NCBI GenBank assembly: GCA_963772365.1
Contig: CAVYXA010000003.1
Location: 384,001-448,000, forward strand
Origin: an uncultured Verrucomicrobiae bacterium
GTDB taxonomy: Bacteria; Verrucomicrobiota; Verrucomicrobiia; Chthoniobacterales; UBA10450
Direction of reading: 5' to 3'
DNA: 64,000 nt
The notes under the pieces are model-generated. The model did no database searches. It was not told the origin of the DNA and saw only the letters and a program-made list of their open reading frames with translations. The first letter of the stretch is position 1. Each line of letters opens with the position of its first letter. Of this stretch, positions 11,398-19,550 are shown piece by piece. Made by a program: the position numbers and the translations under genes.

Positions 11398-12351
11398 ATG
11401 ACCGCGCCGAACAAATTCCGGATCATTGTCGCGTTTGCGGCGGTTTACATTATTTGGGGTTCGACTTACCTCGGAATTTTCTACGCCATCCAATCAATCC
11501 CGCCTTTTCTCATGGCTGGCACCCGATTCGTTCTCGCGGGTCTGATGATGTATGGCCTCGCGCGACTGAGAGGCGCGACTAAACCGACGCCGGTAATGTG
11601 GTTGAACTCGTTCATCATCGGCGGCTGTTTGCTCCTCGGCGGAAATGGCGGGGTTACTCTCGCCGAGAAATGGGTGCCGACTGGCCTTGCGGCTTTGCTC
11701 GTGGCGACCGTTCCAATTTACATCGCCTTTCTCGGCTGGATGACCGGAACCGCCCCGCGACCGACACCTGTCGTCTGGCTCGGATTGCTGGGCGGTTTTA
11801 TTGGTGTCGGTGTTCTTGTCGGACCGGCATTTGCCGCTCCCTCCACTGGCAATCACGTCGCCTTCGGAATGTCGATCCTGCTGATCGGCTCGTTTCTCTG
11901 GTCGATCGGCTCGCTCTATTCCCGCCGGGCCAGGACTGCGCGGACTTTATTTGCCGCTGCGGGCCAGCAAATGATTTGTGGCGGAGCCCTGCTTTTTCTC
12001 GTCGGCCTTTTGGTTGGCGAACAACGCGGCATTAATTTCAATCGCATCACGATGTCGTCGATCATCGCCTTTACTTATCTTGTTCTGATCGGCGCGATAG
12101 TCGGTTACACCGCGTATTTCTATCTGTTGCGTCATTGCGATCCGTCCAAGGTTGCGACCTACGCCTACGTCAATCCGATTGTCGCTCTGATTCTCGGGAC
12201 CTGCTTTGCCCATGAAAAATTGAGCGCGCGAACGTTGATCGGTGCGGCATTGATTATTGGGTCGGTCGCGGTTGTAATCATGGCCGAACAGATGAAAACC
12301 AAAGGTGTCCCGCCGATCGCCACCGCCGTGGAACCGGCCTGTCCCCGATGA
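11398..12351 (+). CDS. EamA/DMT family transporter (YedA-like)
   Basis: VYIIWGSTYL, PPFLMAGTRF and YAYVNPIVA motifs. Confidence 0.9.
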   Translation: MTAPNKFRIIVAFAAVYIIWGSTYLGIFYAIQSIPPFLMAGTRFVLAGLMMYGLARLRGATKPTPVMWLNSFIIGGCLLLGGNGGVTLAEKWVPTGLAALLVATVPIYIAFLGWMTGTAPRPTPVVWLGLLGGFIGVGVLVGPAFAAPSTGNHVAFGMSILLIGSFLWSIGSLYSRRARTARTLFAAAGQQMICGGALLFLVGLLVGEQRGINFNRITMSSIIAFTYLVLIGAIVGYTAYFYLLRHCDPSKVATYAYVNPIVALILGTCFAHEKLSARTLIGAALIIGSVAVVIMAEQMKTKGVPPIATAVEPACPR

Positions 12352-13514
12352 AGAACGACCAGCCAGATCGCAAAGAGACAATCGACGTCGTTCGGCGCAA
12401 TTGGCAGGCCGAAGTGGAAACCGCTCAGTCGTATCGCGACCTGGCCGAGCGCGAGCGAGACGAAAAGCGCAAAGGCATTCTGATCCGAATGGCCGAGGCG
12501 GAAGAACGTCACGCCCAACGATGGGAAAAGAAATTGCGCGACATGGGCGCCGAACCGCCGCAGCTCAAGAACACGTTGGGTCGCAGATTGAATCGTTGGT
12601 GGAACAAGATCGCCGGCGCCGACATCGCCATCCGCCGGATGGAAGCCGCGGAGGAAAAACACGAAGCCGCGTTTCGCGATCAACGCGATCGCGCGTTGGC
12701 CAATGAAGAAGACGTCAAAGATTTCCTCCGGCAAAGCGCGCTCGAAGAAAAAGCGCATGCTCGTGCATTAAACGCCATGACAGGACCTCCGAGTCCCCGC
12801 ACGGCTCTCGACGCGATTTTGAAACGCGAACGCTGGCATGGCCGCGGCGGCAGTTGGGTGGCCGATGCGATCTATGGCGCAAACGATGGGCTCGGCGCCG
12901 TCTTTGGTATTGTTTCGGGCGTCGCCGGCGCGACGAACAACCAGCAGCATTTTATTTTGATCTCGGGTCTCGCCGGAATGTTAGCATCGACATTGTCGAT
13001 GGGCGCCGGCGCGTATCTGGCCGCCAAAAGTGAAGCCGAAGTTTACGAAGCGGAAATTTCCCGGGAGCGCGCCGAGGTCGAAGAAAACCCAGAGGAAGAA
13101 ATCGAAGAGATGTCGCTCTTTTATCAGCTTCAGGGATTCAGTCCCGAAGAATCGCAAAAAATGGCCGAACGTCTTGCCGAACAACCCGAGCAATTCGTTC
13201 AAGCCATGGCTCAAAGCGAGCTCGGACTTTCCGAGCACCGTTTCCCGAACTATTGGACCGCAGCATTCTCGGCCGCGATTTCCACCGCGATCGGTGCGTT
13301 CGTTCCCATTATTCCATTCTTTTTCTCCGGCGGCCTCGACGCCGTTCTCGAGTCATTTGGCATCAGCCTCATCGCGCACTTCGCCGTAGGCGCATTAAAA
13401 TCGCTAATCACGATCCGCTCGTGGTGGGCCTCCGGCTTGGAAATGACCTGGATCGGCGTCATCGTCGCCGTCGTCACCTACGGCCTAGGATTGCTATTCG
13501 GTTCGTTAGGGTAG
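12348..13514 (+). CDS. Rubrerythrin-like domain fused to VIT1/CCC1 iron/manganese transporter
   Basis: N-terminal ExxH motifs (EERHA, EEKHE, EKAHA); DAIYGANDGL and SMGAGAYLA VIT1 motifs. Confidence 0.85.
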   Translation: MKNDQPDRKETIDVVRRNWQAEVETAQSYRDLAERERDEKRKGILIRMAEAEERHAQRWEKKLRDMGAEPPQLKNTLGRRLNRWWNKIAGADIAIRRMEAAEEKHEAAFRDQRDRALANEEDVKDFLRQSALEEKAHARALNAMTGPPSPRTALDAILKRERWHGRGGSWVADAIYGANDGLGAVFGIVSGVAGATNNQQHFILISGLAGMLASTLSMGAGAYLAAKSEAEVYEAEISRERAEVEENPEEEIEEMSLFYQLQGFSPEESQKMAERLAEQPEQFVQAMAQSELGLSEHRFPNYWTAAFSAAISTAIGAFVPIIPFFFSGGLDAVLESFGISLIAHFAVGALKSLITIRSWWASGLEMTWIGVIVAVVTYGLGLLFGSLG

Positions 13515-13562
13515 CGCACGCGCCCTCGCGTGCTGGTTTTGGCGGCTCGTCGAAACGAACTT
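13511..13562 (+). repeat. GTAG-type REP-like element at the left island boundary
   Basis: GTAGCGCACGCGCCCTCGCGTGC hairpin plus a second weak hairpin, overlapping the upstream stop codon. Confidence 0.55.
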
Positions 13563-13668
13563 AGGAGAGAAAGAATACGGGTCAAGAGTAGGAAGAGTAG
13601 GGTCAGGCTAGGCTTGCCCTGATTTGACGGACGGTGGGCTTAGGGTCAAAACCCGAAGGAGAGTCCAC

Positions 13669-14019
13669 ATGAAGACGCAGTTAAGTAAACCGGTTCGCAA
13701 CCGGGCAAACTACACCGAAGAGTATAAGCAGCAGGCGCTGGAGCTTTGGCGCGCCAGTGGTCGCAGTGCGGCCAAAGTGGCGGCCGAGCTGGGGATTCGT
13801 CCTCCGTTGCTTTATCGCTGGGCACGCTTGGAGCGCTTGCCTCAGAGCGGCCCGAGCGCAGCAGCCAAGCCAAGGCGCAGCATGGAAGAACTGGAGCGGG
13901 AGAACCAATTCTTACGGGCCGAAAACGCCAGGCTTCTTGAGCAGAGGGACATTTTAAAAAAGTCTCTGGGCATCCTCTCCGAAGCGCCGCCGAGCGCTAC
14001 GTCCAAGTCGAAGGTATGA
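13669..14019 (+). CDS. IS3 OrfA (HTH)
   Basis: YTEEYKQQA...VAAELGI...LYRW, ending in ILKKS; A6G slippery site at 13956-13962 leads into an open -1 frame joining OrfB. Confidence 0.92.
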   Translation: MKTQLSKPVRNRANYTEEYKQQALELWRASGRSAAKVAAELGIRPPLLYRWARLERLPQSGPSAAAKPRRSMEELERENQFLRAENARLLEQRDILKKSLGILSEAPPSATSKSKV

Positions 14020-14864
14020 GTGGGCAATATAAGATCGCCCGCTTGTGCGAAGCTTTGCTCGTTTCGCGCAGCGGCTTCTATGATTGGAAGCAGCGGCACC
14101 ATCATCCAGGAGCGCGCCAGTTAGATAACGCTCGCCTGGTCGAGCAGATCCGGCAGGAGTTTGTCCGCAGTCGCCACACCTACGGCAGTCCACGGCTAGC
14201 GCATGCTCTGGGCTGTCCAGGAAGACGCAATCGCATTGCTCGGCTGATGCGCGCACAAAGACTTTTCGCTCGGCAGCGTTCCAAGTATCGGGTCAAAACC
14301 ACCGATAGCGCTCACGGTGGCCCCATCGCACCGCACCGTCTGCGCCATCTCAAGGTACAAGCGCGCGATCAGGTCTGGGCCACTGATGCCACTGGCATCT
14401 TGACCGCTGAAGGTTGGCTTTACCTGGTCGCAGTGCTGGACCTCTTTAGCCGGCGGGTGGTGGGTTGGGCCATGAGCCCCATCCTGGATGCGCCACTGGC
14501 CATCAGCGCTCTGCGCATGGCCTTAAATCAACGTCGTCCCGCCCGCTCCCTCATCCTTCACTCCGATCGCGGCAGCCAGTTTGCCAGCGCCGCTTACCGG
14601 CAGGTCCTCTCGCAGCACCAACTCATTGCTTCCATGAGTCGCGCCGATAACTGCTACGACAATGCTTTCATCGAATCCTTCTGGAGCAGCCTCAAATACG
14701 AACTGGTCTACGACCAGCGCTTCGCTACTCGCGCACAGGCTCGCACCGCCGTCTTCGGCTACATTGAAACCTTCTACAACCGCATCAGACTGCACTCCAG
14801 CCTTGCCTACACCAGTCCGATTAATTTCGAAATCAAAAACAAAACTAACAAAAATAGACTATAG
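14016..14864 (+). CDS. IS3 OrfB DDE transposase
   Basis: YGSPR, WATD, LDLFSRRVVGW, HSDRGSQF, DNAFIESF and YNRIRLHSSL motifs. Confidence 0.95.
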   Translation: MSGQYKIARLCEALLVSRSGFYDWKQRHHHPGARQLDNARLVEQIRQEFVRSRHTYGSPRLAHALGCPGRRNRIARLMRAQRLFARQRSKYRVKTTDSAHGGPIAPHRLRHLKVQARDQVWATDATGILTAEGWLYLVAVLDLFSRRVVGWAMSPILDAPLAISALRMALNQRRPARSLILHSDRGSQFASAAYRQVLSQHQLIASMSRADNCYDNAFIESFWSSLKYELVYDQRFATRAQARTAVFGYIETFYNRIRLHSSLAYTSPINFEIKNKTNKNRL

Positions 14865-15198
14865 GAATTGATCCCTACCTAACTGTCCGAAAAATCAATG
14901 CAAGCCCAGGCATCAATTCTTGACTAAAGAGAGCCATTTATGCAGTGAAGCCGGGATATCCGATCGCTTCGATTTTGGCCGGTGCCGACGCAGCTGCTGG
15001 CTCACGTTCGCTGCGCTCTTCATTCCAAGTCGGTCCGCCAACCATTTTTGTGACACCACCGTCTGCTCCCAAATCACCTTTGCAATACAAACCTTGCGGG
15101 CACCCCCCGGATATTCGATGCAAATACTACGGGCCACAGCCGCTCTTTTACCCCACCAGTGCTACTTGTCAAGAATTGATGCCTGACCCCTATCTTCC

Positions 15199-16036
15199 CT
15201 ATCCGGCGTCGCCATTCTTCTTACCCCTGAAAATCTCTCGTGAATCTTTGTTCAGGTTCTTACCGAGTACCACGGTCACTTTATGTTTCTTGTCTTTGTC
15301 AATGGCGTCAAAAATTCTCTTCATTTGTAGATTCTGACTCTCATGTTTCCGTGCTTCCTCGAATTTTTTCTTTATGATTTCTGGGATCTCCCAATACAGT
15401 CCCATTGGATCAGCCTTGTCCCACGGATCATTCCAGCAGTAGCGATAGAAATTGTAATCGCCGGCCTCGAACATCTTCGGGTCTTCAGACATGAAACGTC
15501 CGAGGACGGGGTGATATGCACGCGCTCTATATTCATAAAACCCGAATTGTGAATTGTACTCACGCCCGGTGAAGAGAAAGCGGTTGCCAATTTGACTTGC
15601 TCCGGCGGCGATCAGATTTCCGTTGGCATCGAAAAAGGATGGCGCGCCGAAGGCGTCGTAGCGGTACGATTCCAGCACCTGCGCTCTTCCGTTCACGACG
15701 TTTCCGGTGACGACGGCGATGTTCCCGTTGCGATCGGGGAGCGGGTATTGACCGCCGCCAATCGCGCGGGCGATCACTTCGTCGATCCCATTTCCATAGA
15801 CCATCGTGCTTTTGATCGTCGAGCCGTTCCCTTCCCACTCCACCGTCCAATGTTCGCCGTCGAACAGGTAATAATTTTTCGTCGGGCTGTTTGTCCCGAC
15901 CGTGGTCTTGTGCTCCACGCACCGGCCCAGTGCATCGTAGAACAGCTCGTACTTGGTGGTCACATTGTTGACCAAAGCCGTGGCTGAGGAAAGCCAGGTG
16001 TCGCCGTAATATTTATAGAGCACACCCTTGTAGGTC
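15199..16036 (-). pseudogene. Orphan Rhs core fragment with apparently truncated toxin tip
   Basis: YDALGR, YRYDAFG, FTGREY, YEYRARAYHP, GRFMSEDP and DPWDKADPMGL; begins 14 bp from a TIR tip and stops in the tail of another TIR. Confidence 0.85.
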
Positions 16037-16050
16037 GGCAAATTCTATAA

Positions 16051-16411
16051 GGGGTCAGGCATCAATTCTTGACAGAAGCGGTCCATCTTCGCCTTCTGAT
16101 AATATAGGGGTCCGTTTTGCAACCACTGCATCCCGGCCACCAGATTGGCTTCCGGCGTCTCGATGAACAAATGATAATGATTGCTCATCAATACCCAGGC
16201 GTGCACGCGCCAGCCGGTGATCATGCATGTCTCGCCCAGTGTCTTCAAAAACAATTGCCGATCCGCATCGGTGCGGAAAATCGCTTCCCGCCGATTCCCC
16301 CCGCGCCATCACATGATAAAACGCGCCAGGATATTCAATGCGTATGCTGCGAGCCACCGCCGCGATTGAAAGCGGCCAACTCCACTTTGTCAAGAATTGA
16401 TGCCTGACCCC
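16051..16411 (-). mobile_element. TIR element B: 5' half of a RAYT-like transposase between 23-bp TIRs (361 bp)
   Basis: TIRs 16051-16073 and 16389-16411; translation ARSIRIEYPGAFYHVMARG / RREAIF...HAWVLMSNHYHL...WLQN (HUH motif present, catalytic Tyr region absent). Confidence 0.85.
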
Positions 16412-16528
16412 TATTCTTATTCCCCTTTCTGCTGACGCAAGATTTAGCCGAGTGTCAATAGTAAGCGCTAGGCTTGCCCTGATTTGACGGACGGTGGGCT
16501 TAGGGTCAAAACCCGAAGGAGAGTCCAC

Positions 16529-16879
16529 ATGAAGACGCAGTTAAGTAAACCGGTTCGCAACCGGGCAAACTACACCGAAGAGTATAAGCAGCAGGCGCTG
16601 GAGCTTTGGCGCGCCAGTGGTCGCAGTGCGGCCAAAGTGGCGGCCGAGCTGGGGATTCGTCCTCCGTTGCTTTATCGCTGGGCACGCTTGGAGCGCTTGC
16701 CTCAGAGCGGCCCGAGCGCAGCAGCCAAGCCAAGGCGCAGCATGGAAGAACTGGAGCGGGAGAACCAATTCTTACGGGCCGAAAACGCCAGGCTTCTTGA
16801 GCAGAGGGACATTTTAAAAAAGTCTCTGGGCATCCTCTCCGAAGCGCCGCCGAGCGCTACGTCCAAGTCGAAGGTATGA
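16529..16879 (+). CDS. IS3 OrfA
   Basis: Translation identical to 13669-14019. Confidence 0.92.
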   Translation: MKTQLSKPVRNRANYTEEYKQQALELWRASGRSAAKVAAELGIRPPLLYRWARLERLPQSGPSAAAKPRRSMEELERENQFLRAENARLLEQRDILKKSLGILSEAPPSATSKSKV

Positions 16880-17724
16880 GTGGGCAATATAAGATCGCCC
16901 GCTTGTGCGAAGCTTTGCTCGTTTCGCGCAGCGGCTTCTATGATTGGAAGCAGCGGCACCATCATCCAGGAGCGCGCCAGTTAGATAACGCTCGCCTGGT
17001 CGAGCAGATCCGGCAGGAGTTTGTCCGCAGTCGCCACACCTACGGCAGTCCACGGCTAGCGCATGCTCTGGGCTGTCCAGGAAGACGCAATCGCATTGCT
17101 CGGCTGATGCGCGCACAAAGACTTTTCGCTCGGCAGCGTTCCAAGTATCGGGTCAAAACCACCGATAGCGCTCACGGTGGCCCCATCGCACCGCACCGTC
17201 TGCGCCATCTCAAGGTACAAGCGCGCGATCAGGTCTGGGCCACTGATGCCACTGGCATCTTGACCGCTGAAGGTTGGCTTTACCTGGTCGCAGTGCTGGA
17301 CCTCTTTAGCCGGCGGGTGGTGGGTTGGGCCATGAGCCCCATCCTGGATGCGCCACTGGCCATCAGCGCTCTGCGCATGGCCTTAAATCAACGTCGTCCC
17401 GCCCGCTCCCTCATCCTTCACTCCGATCGCGGCAGCCAGTTTGCCAGCGCCGCTTACCGGCAGGTCCTCTCGCAGCACCAACTCATTGCTTCCATGAGTC
17501 GCGCCGATAACTGCTACGACAATGCTTTCATCGAATCCTTCTGGAGCAGCCTCAAATACGAACTGGTCTACGACCAGCGCTTCGCTACTCGCGCACAGGC
17601 TCGCACCGCCGTCTTCGGCTACATTGAAACCTTCTACAACCGCATCAGACTGCACTCCAGCCTTGCCTACACCAGTCCGATTAATTTCGAAATCAAAAAC
17701 AAAACTAACAAAAATAGACTATAG
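16876..17724 (+). CDS. IS3 OrfB DDE transposase
   Basis: Translation identical to 14016-14864. Confidence 0.95.
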   Translation: MSGQYKIARLCEALLVSRSGFYDWKQRHHHPGARQLDNARLVEQIRQEFVRSRHTYGSPRLAHALGCPGRRNRIARLMRAQRLFARQRSKYRVKTTDSAHGGPIAPHRLRHLKVQARDQVWATDATGILTAEGWLYLVAVLDLFSRRVVGWAMSPILDAPLAISALRMALNQRRPARSLILHSDRGSQFASAAYRQVLSQHQLIASMSRADNCYDNAFIESFWSSLKYELVYDQRFATRAQARTAVFGYIETFYNRIRLHSSLAYTSPINFEIKNKTNKNRL

Positions 17725-17832
17725 GAATTGATCCCTACCTAACTGTCCGAAAAATCAATGCAAGCCCACGCTGACCCCTTTCTACCTTCTTTACCCTACC
17801 TATCTTCCTATCTTCTACCCTGACTGTCGCAT

Positions 17833-18567
17833 TTACCGTTGGCGCTCCGTTTGTTTCTGAATCTCATGCCATCGGTTTTTCAAAAGGATTGCGTTCTCTG
17901 GTGTCACCAAGGAAACTTTCCCGTCAACGATTTGAAAATAAAAGGTTCCGAGCCGGGTGTCGAAGTTGTTCGGCGTACGATGCTGCGGTATCCCGGCAGC
18001 AGAAAGCAGTTTTTCTGAATGGTCGAATACCTTTACCGTCCCATCTTCTAATTCCTCCACTTTCGATTTGTCAATTCCGTGAATCCCGAGGTCAAACTCC
18101 TCGGCAAGGCCGCCTCGCCGATCATATAGTTTGATCTGCACTGGAAACGAGCTTTCGTTCGCGAAAAGTGCTAGAATCTCCGGTTCGTTTACTGGCGGCG
18201 TACCAAGCATCTCAACGCGTTCGAGATCGATGATACAGCCATAATAGTCTGTCGGCCGTTGCCTGGCGTAAGCTATTCCGACAACTTTAACCCAATGGTT
18301 ATTAAGATGCAGATAACGTGGCCCGGCGACGCGTGGAGAAATTAGAATCTCACGCGCAAAGCCGGCTTTGGTATCAGCTCGTGGAGGTTGGTACAGCACG
18401 AAATGCGGACCGTCCACCGCCGCCACGCCGATTACCGCAACTCGTTTCCCGCTGTACTTTCTTGGGTTGGCTACTAATTGGTCAAAATCAATAGCAAATG
18501 AGATCCCTGGCACCATCAAGACGGCGAGGAGGAAGATGATTGACTTAAAACGTGCGACCTTACTCAT
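17833..18567 (-). CDS. Secreted hypothetical protein, candidate immunity protein
   Basis: Signal peptide; start overlaps the stop of the upstream toxin-tip ORF by 8 bp; AT-richer than flanking genes. Confidence 0.6.
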   Translation of the reverse strand: MSKVARFKSIIFLLAVLMVPGISFAIDFDQLVANPRKYSGKRVAVIGVAAVDGPHFVLYQPPRADTKAGFAREILISPRVAGPRYLHLNNHWVKVVGIAYARQRPTDYYGCIIDLERVEMLGTPPVNEPEILALFANESSFPVQIKLYDRRGGLAEEFDLGIHGIDKSKVEELEDGTVKVFDHSEKLLSAAGIPQHRTPNNFDTRLGTFYFQIVDGKVSLVTPENAILLKNRWHEIQKQTERQR

Positions 18568-19174
18568 GGGGAAAATACAAGAATTTAACTACGTTTGCGG
18601 GCGGCACAGCCCCGATTGACGGAGGGTTTGCAAGCACGGCCTTAATCCCGTAGGCACGAAAATTGTCCACATCAGCTCTCTCGAAGCCATTCTGATGATA
18701 AGCATAAGCGTAATAGATTCCTATTGGCCTGTACCCTGGAGGTAGGTCAGCGTGACGCGGCTCGTAATAACTGCGGTTTTTTATTTGATTCGGATTATGC
18801 GTGTTATCACTGACGTTCCCTACATCACCTTCATGCACGGGCCCACGGGTATAAATTCCAGGGTGCTCGCTGCTCTCCCCCAAATATCCATAGCGCTCGT
18901 GATGTTGTGGATCACGGACAGCCTGAGGCGACGCTTCACTCCCACCATCTTTTCCAGCACCTTGCCACGACTTGAACGTCTTCGCGTTTTTCCCCTTTGG
19001 GTCGCCGTTCTCTGCGCGCGTATTTCCATAGGCTAGTCCTCCACCCTGCAGCGCATGCGCTGCCGCCATAGCGTCATGCAGCTTGTCCATCTCATATCCA
19101 GATGACGAACTGCGCCGGAAAGGATTCAACTCTCCAGGTTGCTGCTGAGAGCTCTCAACCAAATAGGAGGAATA
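18560..19174 (-). pseudogene. Orphan Rhs toxin-tip-like coding segment (JAB/DUF4329-like pattern), in frame with element C
   Basis: ERYGYL...PGIYTRGP...LPPGYRPIGIYYAY...FERAD; located in the Rhs array directly ahead of an immunity-like gene. Confidence 0.5.
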
Positions 19175-19521
19175 GGGGTCAGGCATCAATTCTTGACTGA
19201 AGAGAGCGATTTGCGCAATGAAGGTGGGATATCGATCGCTTCGATTTGCCACCAGGTTTGCTTCCGGCGTCTCGATAAATAGATGATGATGATTACTCAT
19301 CAATACCCAGGCGTGAACGCGCCAGCCGGTCATGGCGCACGCTTTCCCTAGCGTCCTGAGAAACAGTTGCCGGTCCACCTCGCTCCGGAAAATCGCTTCC
19401 CGCCGATTCCCACGCGCCATGAGGTGATAGAAGGCGCTGGGATATTCGATGCAAATACTACGGGCCACAGCCGCTCTTTTACCCCACCAGTGCTACTTGT
19501 CAAGAATTGATGCCTGACCCC
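19175..19521 (-). mobile_element. TIR element C: internally deleted RAYT-like transposase between 23-bp TIRs (347 bp)
   Basis: TIRs 19175-19197 and 19499-19521; MARSICIEYPSAFYHLMARGNRREAIF...MSNHHHLFIETPEANLVA joined to a 3' end homologous to that of element A. Confidence 0.85.
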
Positions 19522-19550
19522 TATCTTTATCTTCCCCTATCTTTATCTTC

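Larger units (their letters stand above)
13609..14908 (+). mobile_element. IS3-family insertion sequence, copy 1 (1300 bp)
   Basis: Imperfect IRs TAGGCTTGCCCTGATTTGACGGAC / GTCCGAAAAATCAATGCAAGCCCA; 3-bp target duplication GGC; orfA/orfB. Confidence 0.95.
13600..15190 (-). mobile_element. TIR element A: internally deleted RAYT-like (HUH/Y1) transposase element; left TIR interrupted by IS3
   Basis: TIRs at 13600-13608 plus 14912-14924 (rejoined after removing IS and duplication) and 15168-15190; internal ORF 14913-15137 joins the N-terminus MARSICIEYPG to a C-terminal HTH-like tail (KWLADRLGMKSAANVS); 288 bp without the IS. Confidence 0.8.
16469..17768 (+). mobile_element. IS3-family insertion sequence, copy 2
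   Basis: Same ends and identical ORF translations as copy 1 at offset 2860; own 3-bp duplication CGC. Confidence 0.95.
16453..17778 (-). repeat. Solo variant TIR (GGGGTCAGCGCTTACTATTGACA) interrupted by IS3 copy 2
   Basis: Reconstituted from 16453-16468 plus 17772-17778; shares GGGGTCAG and TTGACA with the main TIR and has a pyrimidine tail (17779-17820). Confidence 0.65.

Noticed and set aside
13641..13648. TAGGGTCA inside the IS left end matching the TIR tip as a targeting guide
   Set aside because: Only 8 bp, and no IS3 mechanism known to me would use it; it cannot be distinguished from chance.
13609..17768. Composite transposon formed by two direct IS3 copies around an Rhs fragment
   Set aside because: Each IS has its own target duplication (GGC, CGC) and the outer flanks do not match, so these are independent insertions.
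14913..19468. An active RAYT/Y1 transposase gene
   Set aside because: All three copies lack the central region with the catalytic tyrosine; any activity must come from elsewhere in the genome.
13600..19521. 23-bp repeats as a CRISPR array
   Set aside because: They alternate in orientation, are spaced by hundreds to thousands of bases, enclose transposase fragments, and there are no cas genes.
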